Source: Hydrolagus colliei (lineage: Eukaryota). Taken from it: a stretch of DNA of 64,000 bases. The translations under genes and the position numbers were made by a program. Shown here piece by piece: positions 1 through 27,121 of the stretch. The stretch is from assembly GCA_035084275.1 (NCBI GenBank), contig CM068754.1, forward strand, positions 11,842,001 through 11,906,000. The letters run 5' to 3'. The notes below the pieces were generated by a model. It saw only the letters and a list, made by a program, of their open reading frames with translations. It searched no databases and was not told the origin of the DNA. Each line of letters starts with the position of its first letter. Position 1 is the stretch's first letter.

Positions 1-94
1 CCCTGACCTGCCTAGATTCGAACACAGCTCTCCCCAGCTTGGTCTCCCCAGCTTGCAAGACAAATGCTCTAACCACTAAGCCATAAGAGCTCCA
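1..94 (-). mobile_element. tRNA-derived SINE head (truncated by window edge)
   Basis: A-box/B-box-like motifs; near-identical to 25545-25638. Confidence 0.85.
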
Positions 95-121
95 TAATTA
101 ATGAGCTCATAATTTTGTGTA

Positions 122-171
122 ATGCAACCACAATATAAACCACTTTATATTGGTTTATATTGTAGTTGCAT
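122..171. repeat. Hairpin, 21-bp arms (1 mismatch), 8-nt loop
   Basis: ATGCAACCACAATATAAACCA-ctttatat-TGGTTTATATTGTAGTTGCAT. Confidence 0.9.
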
Positions 172-668
172 ACGGCATCAACAAATTCACTGAGATTAGA
201 AAAAAAGGTTGAATTGTTTCACATTTTGATCTGTCACTAGTTAAGAAATAAAGTTAATAGGTGACTACCACTTCTTTGTACTAATCCAGTGCAAAACAGT
301 TAATGGTTATTCAGTAACTTTCTCACCGATTTTACTTTGAAGTTAATTAAAGTTGATAGGAATAAAGCACAATTTTTTTTAAAAAAAGATTGTTTTATAT
401 ACAGTATATAGTAATATAATTTCAGCATTGATGGACAGTGCAATATTTATATCTATACAGTACTTAAATTATTGGTCTCATACATAGTCATGATACCAGG
501 GTGTGGGAATGGACAGACTGGCACATTCTGAAGGTTACAGAAGATTCTGAAGGTACATGACTGGGGAGAGGAAATATCTTCTGTGTAGGATATGCAATCT
601 TATATTTAGTGGATCTATGTGCATTCGGTATCTTGCATCTTTCTTTAATGTTTCTATGTAAATTATAG

Positions 669-15329
<14,661 letters not shown>

Positions 15330-15710
15330 CTTCATCAGCTGCAGGTTTACCTTAAAACCCAAGTCAAGTTATACTTTAAAGAGAAATGCACACTGCTCTA
15401 AATCTTAAAGCATGTCTCAAATTAGGTTAAAGAATAAGAGGCAACTATTTATCATACTTTGAGCTATGGTGTTTGAAGGATTGAATGTTTCAATGCGGTA
15501 AATGCCTAGGAGTGTGTATTATATTTGAAGATCTAAATGGATTGTTTTTGGTGCATTGAAACACCCAACATCCTTTTAAATCTGTCTCACATTTGCTCTT
15601 CTTCTTAATTCAATCCACTCTTCTCAAAAACTCTGCCTTCTTTAAAAGTTGAGTCACAGTGTCACGACATCATTTGTTAACCTAAAGTGTTTCATGCCTT
15701 GACCGTCCAG

Positions 15711-15993
15711 TTATATCCTTGCATTTGATATAGCGCTTTTCATGTCTACTAAACTTCTCAAAGCGCTTACAGAATATACTGAAAAGTGAATTGACTGTTT
15801 ATTTGTGGGCGAAATGCAGCAGCCAATTGCGCAAACAGTCATGGATTGAAATGACCCAACTATTATTTTTTTTCTTGAGGGATTATTATCAGGAGTGGAG
15901 TACGGAAACTTCCCGAAGGTTTCGCTCTGCCTGGAGTTGAACCTAGGTCTCTCACTTGCAAGGAGAGTGCTCTAACCACTGAGCTGCAGGACT
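15711..15993 (-). mobile_element. tRNA-derived Deu-type SINE with L2-like tail, in SLC9A6 3' UTR region
   Basis: Homologous to the other copies (GCGCAATTGGCTGCTGC core, GCGCTATATCAAATGCAAGGAT tail). Confidence 0.85.
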
Positions 15994-18900
15994 TGGGACT
16001 CCAAATAGGCAGTTATTTGGGTTGCTTGGAATTTCGTGGCCTCCTGGGATATGTAAGATGCCTGTGTAGATTACATTTTTTTTAACTGTTTAGTGCATTT
16101 AGGGCTGATTACAAATGGATGAACTTCTTGTCAAAATTTGGATCCTTTTTGATGTTAGGCTATTGAACACTGTTACCATTTTGAAGTTTGAAAATATTTG
16201 AGCGACATCTAACAACACGAGTTCGGACAAGTTTCCATTGCTAAAGCCAAATCTAAATTATATCCAATAGAATTGAGATCAACCAAGTGTGTGCAAAATG
16301 AATTACTTTGTGGTGTTGCTTGTGACAATATGAAATTAACAAACGGTAGCTGCCACGATGCACTGGGCAGGCGCACTCTGAATCTTTGCCATCGTTTAGA
16401 ATCTGTGACCGACCGGTACTTGGCGCTGATCAGAATTGAAGCTGGGTGAATTTCATTTGAATTGAACCCTGTGCTGTTTATCCACAGAATTCACATCCCG
16501 GTTTCAGTGCAGAAATAACTTGTGGTTTTGATATGGAGTGAGTTCCATATTCTGGAATTTGACAAAGCTCATGGTATTGACCAGTTACCACACTCCTTCG
16601 AAGAGCAGTTACTCGCATGCTATAATCACAACTGTGGGCCGTTTACTTTTGAGCATCTATTATTCAAATGCATATTCACAATCGCTGTGGTCTGATTCGA
16701 AATGCAATATCACAAATTGGATCCTTTATTTACAACTGGGAATAAACTAAACTATTGTGTTTATTGCTGGTGACGAGCAAGTGCAAGTTCCCAGGATAAT
16801 GATTTGTAAGTGACTCAGTGGAGATGCATTGTGGAAAAACGCATGGTTGACGCGCTTGGAAATGGGTTTGTCTGCTCGCTTACCCAATTGGCAAGTTCCA
16901 TGGAATAAATGGTGGGTCTGATTGTGAACATTCAGTGTGAATAGCCCTGACTGGAGGCATGCAACCTACCAGTCCATGAGACAAGCAATGTTAACTAGCT
17001 GTGCTAATGTGTGGCCTTTTCAAATCAATGAGGCTTCAGGCAAACGGCGTTATTTACATTATTTACTTTAGATTAGATTAACCTTTGAGATTACATCAGT
17101 TCGGAAGAGGTTGCTGGGTTGTAAAATGTATGGAGTTTTGGGTTGATGGACACCATGATATATATTAAGAACGAATGTGTAAGAGTGATGAAAATGACAG
17201 CAAACATTTTTCAATAATATATTCAAATGTACCCTCAGCTTTTGTATGATTGCTTGCTTGGTACAACCTTGTTTCCGAAGAAAATAATTGCATGGAAAAA
17301 AAATTGGATTTCAGATAAATGGATCCAACAAATGGATAGAAATATATAAGCAGTATATACAGTATATGAAGGCCATTGAACAAAGGAATGTTTGAATCAA
17401 ACTTTAAACATTCTTAACCTTTTTTCAGTAGTGATTGTTGAGTATGTGGTCAAGTCCCAAGTCCTAACATATACTCATTGTTGGTGAGCACTTCTGTGGT
17501 TGGTTTATGGTGTTTTTTTTAGCCACCAGAGTCTTGCATTTGCTAATGTGACTGTGTTGTATTTATATATATATACAGTAATAATGCCATGCAATTTTAC
17601 CTTTTTAAATTGATACCTTTCCTTTACTGTAGTTAGATTTATTCGGAGGAGATGCAGGTTGAGTGGGCAGTTGGCTGTAAGACATGAGGTGTGTCCTTGT
17701 CTAATGTTTTAGGTCATCAAAAGCACCGTGGTACATTAGAGGTAGCTTAATATTGGCACGCTGCAGGACATTTCCTCATTTTCTTTCCTTCAGTTGCATT
17801 TCATAGCTCCAGAGGGTTTGTAACTGAACCATTAACCTCCTTGTTCCATACAAATGCTTTTGTCAATAGGTTGTGGCTGGAGACGCCTTCAGCAAGAACA
17901 CATCATTTGTATTTTTTTGGGGAAACTTATGGTTGCTGAGAACAAAATGATTTCATTGTACAGCAGTTTCACTCGAGTATTTTGTGAGCTTGTGTGGACA
18001 AACATGCATCCTAGCAGGGCCTATAAAAGTGTGCTTGTTTTTCTGTTATCTGCAAGTCTATCAGTGAGCTAAAACCGGCCAGATTTAGGCACACCCTTTT
18101 CCTTCCTTTGCTGTTTTGCTCACTGCTGGAAACGATTATGCTGCCTTATGGCATGTTTGCCACCGTTAACCTAAATTCACCATTCAGCAGCCGGCTCAAA
18201 GTCGCTTTGCTTTCTGAGATGTAGTGCGCTGCTTGTTTTTGTGGAGCTGATGAGTGTGAAGGGGTGAGTGAGGCGAGGTAGAAAGTGGTAGATAGAAAGG
18301 TGAGGTAGAAAGTTTCCCTCACACTCTATTTTCATGCAGTTCTAAGCAGTTTACGTGTCTTCACGTGTAGGACGAATATTACCGGTGGTGTTTATTTTCT
18401 TGGTGCAGACTTACTTGGCCCCATTGTGTGGTATTAGACCACGTGCTGTGTGCAGTGTTGTCTTTGAAGCTGTCAAGCCCTTTTGTTTAGCACTACATAA
18501 AGGAGAGTTTAACACCCTTGTGACACAAAATGAACATTTGCTTTAGGTTTTGGATGATTGGCAAAGGTTTTACAGAGAAATACTGCAGTACTAGTACGTG
18601 AAACTCCTGTGTGTGTATGTGTGCGCGTGTATATATAGCGTCTGAAAAATTAGGCTAATGTAAATGAGGTTTTGGACTTGTAAATATTGTCGTGTTAATA
18701 TGCACTTATCCCATGATTTGATCACAGTTTGCTTAATTTTCAAACTGGAGAAAGATTTATTTGGATTGCACTGTGTACTTGTTAATTTTAACTTGTATCT
18801 ATTTAAGGACAAATGGAATCTTAATATGCAGCAGTTTTTAAACTGGATTCTTTAACAAAGAAAACAAGTGTGAATTTCCTTTCTGTAAAAGTAGATTGGG

Positions 18901-19404
18901 TTGTTTTGGCTGTAACACACAGCCTGGTATGACAAACTGCTGTATTCCATTGTAAAGAGCAATGGAACGGGCTGTATCCCATTTGAAATTGCCGCATATT
19001 AAATGCCAATTATTACTTGATAAATGAAATGTCTCATCTGCTGCTATTGACTGACAGTGTTCCTTCCAACCAAAGGGCAACGCAAAGCAATGTTATCATG
19101 TCCGTTGATGTGCTGTCGACGATGCAAAATACATTAAAAGAAGTTCATCCTGACTAAAAGTAATGATGTTCTGTGACATTGTCAGGTCATGTGCTATAAA
19201 AATGCTGATGGAAAAACAGCTGGTCATTTTATTGTGCTTAGGGTTGCGTCAATGTAAATCAAGACATTTTGTGTGTTTTGTTTCTATGGAACGTGACATT
19301 TCAGGAGATGAAAAGAGAGAACTGTAAGACCTAGAAATAAAAATTCCCCCAAATACAGGAGATACAGAACAAGTTAATGCTTTAAAAGAGAAAGCTCGGA
19401 ACCA

Positions 19405-19520
19405 AGACTAGTTACAGTTTGGGGTCTGAACCTCCTTACAATAACTGGAGAAGTTCCTTTAATAGGATTGCAAACTCAAAACAGCTCAATTATTCAAATT
19501 CTGATGAAGGGCCCCATCAA
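19405..19520. mobile_element. Possible degraded Penelope-like remnant
   Basis: TTCTGATGAAGGG plus an inverted degenerate partner upstream (AGTTACAGTTTGGGGTCTGAACCTCC); weak. Confidence 0.3.
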
Positions 19521-19810
19521 AATCAATCACCCACTTCCCAGGAAATCAATGTATTGAAAGAGAAGCATTTGAAGTGATGGATTGTATTCTTTCTCCATTC
19601 ATTTTTAGTTTTATGCACGTTAAGACACTATTGTAATAGTTGTGAATTTCTGCCTGAATACCCTGCTCTTGCCTAATTCCGTGTGGCAGTGTAGGAATTA
19701 AGTACCACCGACTTACAGAGAACTGTGAAGTTTTTTAAAAAAATCACTTTAAAAATATACGCTTTGTGTAAAATTTGTCTCGTACTTTTGCTTTTCATTT
19801 TCCAACGTTG

Positions 19811-19816
19811 AATAAA
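19811..19816 (+). terminator. Candidate distal poly(A) signal of SLC9A6 (other AATAAA at 16741, 16904 and ~19336)
   Basis: AATAAA after a long U-rich UTR-like region; actual site not determinable from sequence. Confidence 0.35.
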
Positions 19817-21262
19817 ACTACAATCCGATAAGAAAATATTTATTTTCCTGAGCTTACTTCTAAGATGTGTGCAGGCAAGGAATATTTTGCTTTGAGGTAG
19901 TCCTAAAGTAAAACAGTGAAGCTGTGATGTTCTGCTGTACTAGTCCGGTATGTGTACTAGTTGTACCCAGTTCTCTAACACTCACGCTTTGGGCACTGTT
20001 AGATTAACTCCCCTCTTTATCAATCTGCTGTCTCATAGGCACTCTGTGTCGGTTGGGTTTTGGATAGTCGAGACGCCGCTGTGTGCAGACAGAGAAGAAC
20101 AGCTTTAACCACATTTGTACTTGCTATAAATGTATTTCCTGCTGTGCAGGAACTCGATTAAAACTTTTTCAAAAACAGATCAAAATGACAAAGATTATTG
20201 TCCAGTAATAAGCTACGAGTATTTGGGTGCTATACACATACAATAAATGTGCTTGATCTAAGAGGAGCATTCTGAAGCAGACTATTAATTGTGGTATTCT
20301 GCAGATGTGTAGCATTTTAAATAACTGAGCAAGAAGCTTTTTTTACTGAGGAGGCTACACAGCCTAAAACATCAATAGCCCCCTCTCTCTATTTGTCCAA
20401 TACTTGATTTATATTTTTAAAAATCAAATTTCTAAAAGTTCCCAATAAAACTAATCTTGAGAATCTTCTCCATGACAATACTCAAATAATTTCCTCAGCC
20501 TTGCATAAAATGATGATCCCAAAATGTACCACTACAATTTCTAACATAAACATATATCTATGAAATATTTTGCAACAGTATAGATCACAGACAAATTGGT
20601 GTGCTATTGTGTGCGGGTCAAAATCAGAACCCTAATTGTCAATTCCAAAACCATTTTTCTTTCTGAACGTTAACCTCTGCCAAAGTTCGATTACTTTAGG
20701 CCTCTGTAGAATTTCAACTTCTTTCTTAAGTTATGAAGACATTAAAGTGGATGAAATGTTTTCTTTTTATAAGTATGTTGAGCGTTTGTAGACTCACCAG
20801 AATTGTTGAAGCCACTTGTGAGGTAGACTTAGTACCATAGATGTGGTCTTGGAGATTTTGTTGGTTTATGTAAAGCAAGACATTTTAACCACATCCTGTC
20901 AGTTTTTCACATGTCTGCACTGTTTAGCTGATGTGGTAATTAGTGTTTTGCCGAGTAAAAACAGCATTAACTGCGCGCGTGTAATGAAATTTATGTGACT
21001 AATGTATCTGCAGCAACTTTGTTTAAACTGACTGCAAAAGAAATTGTGTAAATACTCTGTGATTGATGTAGCGCATGGTACGAGAAATAAAATCATGCGT
21101 TTCTTTAAAAAAAATGCAGTGAGGTCATTGTACTTGTGATTTTTTTCCTCCTCCACAGGATTTACCCTTTATTTTCAAACGTTTCAGCAATGGCCACTTA
21201 GGCAGGATAACTGGCGCCCAGGGAACCACAGCCTTCACTTGTCGAAGATCAGACGAGATTAT

Positions 21263-21533
21263 AAATAGTCCTTGACTTTGATATAGCGCTTTTCAGGCCT
21301 TCTAGACATCTCAAAGCGCTTCACAGAATATACTCTAAATTGAATTGACTGAATATTTGTGGGTGAAACGTAGCAGTCAATTGCGCACAGTAGTGTCAGG
21401 ATTCAGTGACCAAATTTCTATTGGGTTTTTTCTTGAGTGATTATTATCAGGCCAAGTTTTCAGCCTCCCAGGAATCGAACCCAGGTCTCTCACTTGCAAG
21501 GTGAGTGCTATAACCACCGAGCTACGGGATTCC
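21263..21533 (-). mobile_element. Same SINE family, internally deleted copy
   Basis: Head, core and tail similarity to other copies. Confidence 0.8.
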
Positions 21534-22911
21534 TCTTCTGTGCTAACCAGATTGGAGTACTGGAAAACATTTGGAATGTTTCAACTAACATTTTAATCTT
21601 TCTCAAGAGATGTGTGTGCTTGAATACTTTCACCCACTGCATTCCTTGGCAGATTGAATGCAGATTTCCGCACAAACATCTTTCGAGATCTGGTGTACTG
21701 CACATATGAGGCCAGAAGTCGCTCATTCCATTATGGTACAGTTTAATTTTAATACCCAGAATTGTGTTGATTTATTGGTTGTGAAAGAAAAAAGCAGGTT
21801 GTTGATCATTATATAGAGCAGAGGTTTATTCCACTCTTGTTATTGCATCTCTCACACACACATAACAGGTTTCCGAACCTATGAAACACACTTGAAGAGA
21901 AGAGTTGTCAATACAAAATAGTTTGGAAACCAGTTTAAGACTTTGTTGTAACTCAGCGAGTTATGGTGGGTCTTGGGGAAAAAAAACCTCACTTTCAATT
22001 TAAACTTCTGATTGAATATTCACAATAATTCACAATATGAGATTTTTTTTAAAAAAAACAACAGTACCTGCTTCTAATGAAGGGCAACAATTTCAAATTA
22101 GGCTAATTTAGGTAACGGACAAATATTTGTATGCTTATCCTTTTTGGCTTCCGTCTGATGCGGAAAATGTTATTCAGCAGTTCTTAGTACACAGTAACCA
22201 GGCTTAAATTGTTTTATATGGAAGGCGATAAATATTTTTGTGGTAGAAAGGAATGTGCTTTCATTCCAGAAATTTACATTTGATAACATTTAAAAAAAGA
22301 CAAGTACTGTACTTGCTTTGACTTATGAGGGTTCAGCTTATTCCCCCGGGTTTAAATAATCATAAAAATTTAATTTAACAATTAGAACTTGCCATCCAAT
22401 CAGGTTCTTTGCTGTTTCTGTGATAAACAGCATGAAAGCCTGACTGACTGTGTTCTGTGCTGATAACTAAAGTGTTTTCTCATATCCTGTAGGGGACAGA
22501 CAGACACAAGCGGGACACAGAAGCTGAACCAAAGGAGTGCTCCTGTTCTGTGAGTGTTTTGATCACATTTTGATCACATTTCTGACAGTTTTCGGAAAAA
22601 ATCTAGTTAAGTGAATCGGTTTACAGATAAAGGAGCTGATGAGATGCAAATCTTCAGCAAAATGAATTCAGTTGGATTGGTTCCTTAATGCTGGTTAGAA
22701 TTATGTCCTTGTGTACTTCACGTGGAAGAGTATATCTTATTGTTCTGTACAAAAGGCTTCAATCTTAATTAAAGTCAAACAATGGAGCTTGATAATGTAG
22801 TATCAGTATTCAGAAATATCCGTATTTTATATTGCAAATATTGATGTTATTCCTCGCTTCATTCAAATTGCTGGTTGTTTATGTGAAGCAGGTACAAAAT
22901 AAAAGTATTGT

Positions 22912-23318
22912 AGAGTCACTTTGGCTCATTCAGTAGCTCTCTCATCTCTGGATCAAATGATTTTGAGTTCAAGCTCTAGATTGGGATTTCAGCTGTTCAT
23001 CCTGGCAGACAGACAGGTGACAGGGGGAATTGCTTCATTGTTGGAGCTGCCATCTCCTCAGAAGAATTATTAAGACAAGATTATATCTACTATTTTTCAG
23101 ATGGACGTTAAAGTTCCCATAAAAGTTAAAGAGAACGCAGTTTCTCTTTGTGTCCTGGTGACTAAATTAATCATTCAGGTATTTCATGGCTGGTTTTTAG
23201 GCACTCTGTTGTTCAAATGCCACATTTGCCTTCAAAAATAGTGACTATACTTGACACGACTTGTGAAGTGCATTGAGATATTTCAACATGAATAGGAGAT
23301 CTTAAAATACAAATTATT
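22912..23318 (+). mobile_element. Old, diverged Deu-domain SINE (SacSINE1/AmnSINE-like)
   Basis: Degenerate tRNA head, then CATTGTTGGAGCTGCCATC...CAGATGGACGTTAAAGTTCCCAT...TGTCCTGG resembling the Deu core, then an L2-like tail. Confidence 0.6.
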
Positions 23319-24151
23319 TCTTTGTGTTTACATTGCTTAAAAGGCTCAAATGAAAAACAGTTTCAACACTGCAATTTGCCTCTTTACTGATTAAATGTCT
23401 CGGTGGGTGGGATATCAATTCAATGCATTTTAACAGATTCTAAAAAGAAATTGTTTATTTTTGCTGAAACAGGGCAGGTTTTCTTTCATTTAAAAGCCAA
23501 ACAAAATTTGTACAAAGGATAGATGTCAGGGTAGTTGGTTGCTTGTCATTCAAACCTCTGAGACAAAATGTTGCGATAATGAGTAAAAATATTACTACTG
23601 TAAATTGATTGTCTTGTGTTTCTGGTCAATAGTAGGCCGTGGCACAGCTCATTTCTTTTTCCATTTATTTTATCTTTATTTTCTCCATGTTTTATTTGAA
23701 CTGTTCCTAGCTTTTTCCCATCTAGCTTGCCATCCAGCTTGCCATTGTTCTGACTGTCTTTTTCCCATTGAAGTTCAATGATGTTAGTTTGATTTTTAGA
23801 AAACGAATAGATAGAAGCATTTACAACAAAGTGATTATTATATTCCATCTGTTTGGCATTCTCTTTGAAAAATCCCAGATAAGGTCTGAATAATTGTGTT
23901 TATGGGATTCGAGTGTGGGTTATATCAAAGCTCGATCTTTATTTTTAGGAGAATTTCTCTCTCGAAGGCTCTTGTTATTGTGAAAACGTTTTTTAGCAAT
24001 GATGAGAGGAATGATTACAGATTTGATTTTATCAGTTCAGGGCACACAGATAACTGTAAAGTTAATTAATGACGATTTTCATATTTGACACAAAAAAAAT
24101 AACCATGGAGAAAATGAGCTGATGTGGAAAAGTGAACAAAAGTAGCGCAAG

Positions 24152-24706
24152 TAGATTCATAGATTCATAGATTCATAGAATTTTACGGCACAAAAGGAGG
24201 CCATTCGGCCCATCTAGTCTGCGCCGGCTCTTTGAAAAGAGCGATTCAATCCCACTGCCCTGCCCGCTCCCCATAGCCTAATAGACCTGTTCTCCCTAAA
24301 TAAAGATCTAATTCCCTTTTAAAAGCTGTTATCGAATCAGCCTCCACCACCTTTTCAGGCAATGCATTCCAGATTTGAACAACTCGCTGAGTGAAAAAAA
24401 TTATCCTCAGCTCCCCTCTACTTCGCCTTGAAACTATTTTAAATCTGTGACCACGAGTCACAGATTCACCCACGAGTGGAAATAGTTTTTCTCTATTTGC
24501 CCTGTCGAAACCCCTCATGATCTTATAAACCTCTATTAGGTCTCCCCTCAATCTTCTCTTCTCCAGAGAGAATAACCCTAGCCTATCTAGCCTCTCCTCA
24601 TAGCTGAAGTCCCTCAATCCTGGCACCATCCTAGTAAATCTTCGTTGTACCCTTTCCAATGCCTTCACATCCTTTCTGTAGTGTGGTGACCAGAATTGAA
24701 GTAGTA
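24152..24706 (-). mobile_element. 5'-truncated CR1 LINE (ORF2 C-terminus, 3' UTR, octamer tail)
   Basis: QFWSPHYRKDVKALERVQRRFTRMVPGLRDFSYEERLDRLGLFSLEKRRLRGDLIEVYKIM; (TAGATTCA)3 terminal repeat. Confidence 0.93.
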
Positions 24707-25299
24707 CAGCATACAACATTATATAAAAGGAAGAATAAAATAATTAACAGCAGCAGAGAAAACATTCTAAAAGGTCTAGGGGGGGATTAATTGGTGGATC
24801 AAGAATTAAGACAAAGATTGACAGCATTGATTCTGAAAGGAAATCACTGCCTGGAAGTTACTTCTATAACTATGGTCATTTGAAACATAAACAGTGCGGG
24901 ACAGCTTGCATTTATATAGTGCCATTCATGACAGTAGGGTCTTGGTGCGCTTAATACTATACCATGATCCACCCATGTATGAAAAGATAGGCAGCAACTC
25001 TGAATACTGATGATGGAACAGGCAGTCTGGCTCATTGGCAGGACCTGGAAGGGCAAACCAGTCACTGGGGGCAGGGAGTCATCTCACTCAGCTCCTCTTA
25101 ACCCTACAAGCCAAAGAAAGCCATAACAGATAGGTGGTCCTAGCTGACGAGCAGTGGGAAAACATGGCCAGACAGTCAGAACAGTGGCAAGCTGGATGGT
25201 TTTAGCTGGTAAGGCTCCAGCAGTTACACTGATTCACACTCGAGAATCCCTCACGCCCTGACTCTTGACAACCTGCGCCTAATACTTCCTCAAAATATG

Positions 25300-25638
25300 T
25301 AATAATAATAATCCTTGCATTTGATATAGCGCTTTCCACATCTTGTCAACGTCCCAAAGCGCTTCACAGAATATACTGTAAAGTGAATTGACTGTATATA
25401 TTTGTGGGCGAATCGCAGCAGCCAATTGCGCACAGCAGTGTCCCACACACAGTCGTGGATTGAAATGACCAATTTTATTATTAGGTTTTTTTGGGAGGGA
25501 TTATTATTAGGCGTGTGGAGTAAGGAAACTTGCCCAAGGTTTCGCCCTGACCTGCCTGGATTCGAACACAGGTCTCCCCAGCTTGGTCTCCCCAGCTTGC
25601 AAGACAAATGCTCTCACCACTGAGCCACAGGAGCTCCA
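25300..25638 (-). mobile_element. Full-length young SINE copy, (ATT)n tail
   Basis: A box TGGCTCAGTGG, B box GTTCGAATCC, core and tail; close match to 56047-56369. Confidence 0.9.
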
Positions 25639-26514
25639 TAAGTAGCATAGGCTTTAAACCAGGGTCAGGAACTGCTACTGAAGGAATTGCCCCCTCCCCA
25701 CCCCAAGCTCTGGATCAACCTGTGATGGAGACAGTTGGGCGGGGGCTGACTCTAAAGTCAAAACCCACCGAAACGCTCTTCAGAAGTAGGAGATAAATAA
25801 TAAGAGTGGATTGGACGGTACTTTTAAAGGTGGAACCTAAAACCCTGTTCAGTGTACAGCTTTCACCTGGTAGCAGGAGCAATGTCAAAGTCACTTTTTT
25901 GTGCTGGTGTCTGATTTGCACGTTGATAATACAGCCAGTGTTTGCAGCCAACTCTGACCTCACGTGTGGGCAGGTGTCTCAACCAGTACACAGTGTGATT
26001 GTGGACAGAGGGTAGTGTAAGCACACAGCATAAGTGCTCATTGTACATCTAAGTGTGTGCCTCCCGGCCTGTGTCACTCACACCCTGCCACACTGGCTGC
26101 TGAGGTAAATACTCACACCTGTGTTTCCCACTCTGTGACATCGGCCACACACTATTTAAAAATGTTGTGAGTGAAAAATTTAAATTGGACTCAAACCAAA
26201 GAGCTTCTTGATTGGTATAGATTGGTAAAGGTTTACCGACCAAAGAAAATCAAGCAGTGGAAGTTCTGTTTCGCCCCCCAACCCCCACCCCCACCCCCCA
26301 TTAGATAACCCAAGCTTAGCATAAAATAAATGTTTTCAAAAATCCCATTTACCAGTTCCCAGACAGAGATGCAAACCATTTACCGAATTATAAGTGGGGC
26401 TTAAACATTTTGTATACCAGATTGCCACTGGTACTGATCCTAAAAACTACGTATTTTCCATTGAGAATGTTGACACTTATTAAAAGTATGCAAAGGGGAA
26501 GGTTTCTTTTGCTG

Positions 26515-27121
26515 TGGAGTCCCGTAGCTCAGTGGTTAGATCACTCGCTGCAAGCGAGAGACCTGGGTTCGATTCTCGGAAGGGTGACAAGTTGGGCAAG
26601 TTTGCTTACTTTGGAACTGTGTCCCTTTGCCTCGCTCCCGCTCTTCCCCCCTTTAAATCCCGTCTGAACACCTTCCTCTTTGATTGTGATTTTGGCCACC
26701 CTCCCGCCCTCACCCCCTGCCCTCCCCCCCACCTTCTAACCCAACTCCCAGCTCGAATCCAAAACTCCTGATTGTCCAGCACCTTGGGTCGTCTTTCCGA
26801 TGTGAAGGGCGCTGTACAAGTGTAATTTCTTGTTGTTATTCAACATGCCTCTGTTTACCTAGCAGTAGGTAGAACCCTGGTTGTTAGTCGATTGACGGAT
26901 TGCTTTTCCCGGGATAATAATTCCTTTAAAAAAAATCGGCCACTCAATCCAATCAAATCCGACTGTTTGTGGGACACTGCGGTGCGCAATTGGCTGCTGC
27001 GTTTCGCCCACAAATATACAGTTATTCACTTTGCAGTATATTCTGCGAAAAGCTTTTGAGATTTCTCAAAGAAGTGACAAGGCGCTATATCAAATGCAAG
27101 GATTATTATTATTACTATTAT
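26515..27121 (+). mobile_element. SINE (longer variant) interrupted by a plus-strand L2 3' fragment at ~26611-26839
   Basis: Head 26515-26610, L2 3' end with (TTG)n tail, SINE resumes at ~26840. Confidence 0.8.

Noticed and set aside
19497-19530. Hammerhead ribozyme (CTGATGA core)
   Set aside because: No properly placed GAAA or closing stems; at most a decayed Penelope-like remnant
25290-25623. Similar ORFs recurring at 25.3-25.6 kb, 31.7 kb, 39.3 kb and 56.1 kb
   Set aside because: Chance translations of the same non-coding SINE, not a gene family
25560-25638. tRNA gene (A box, CTTGCAA loop, B box) here and at 1, 26515, 31075, 41160 and 56047
   Set aside because: No complete acceptor stem or cloverleaf; always continues into SINE body and tail
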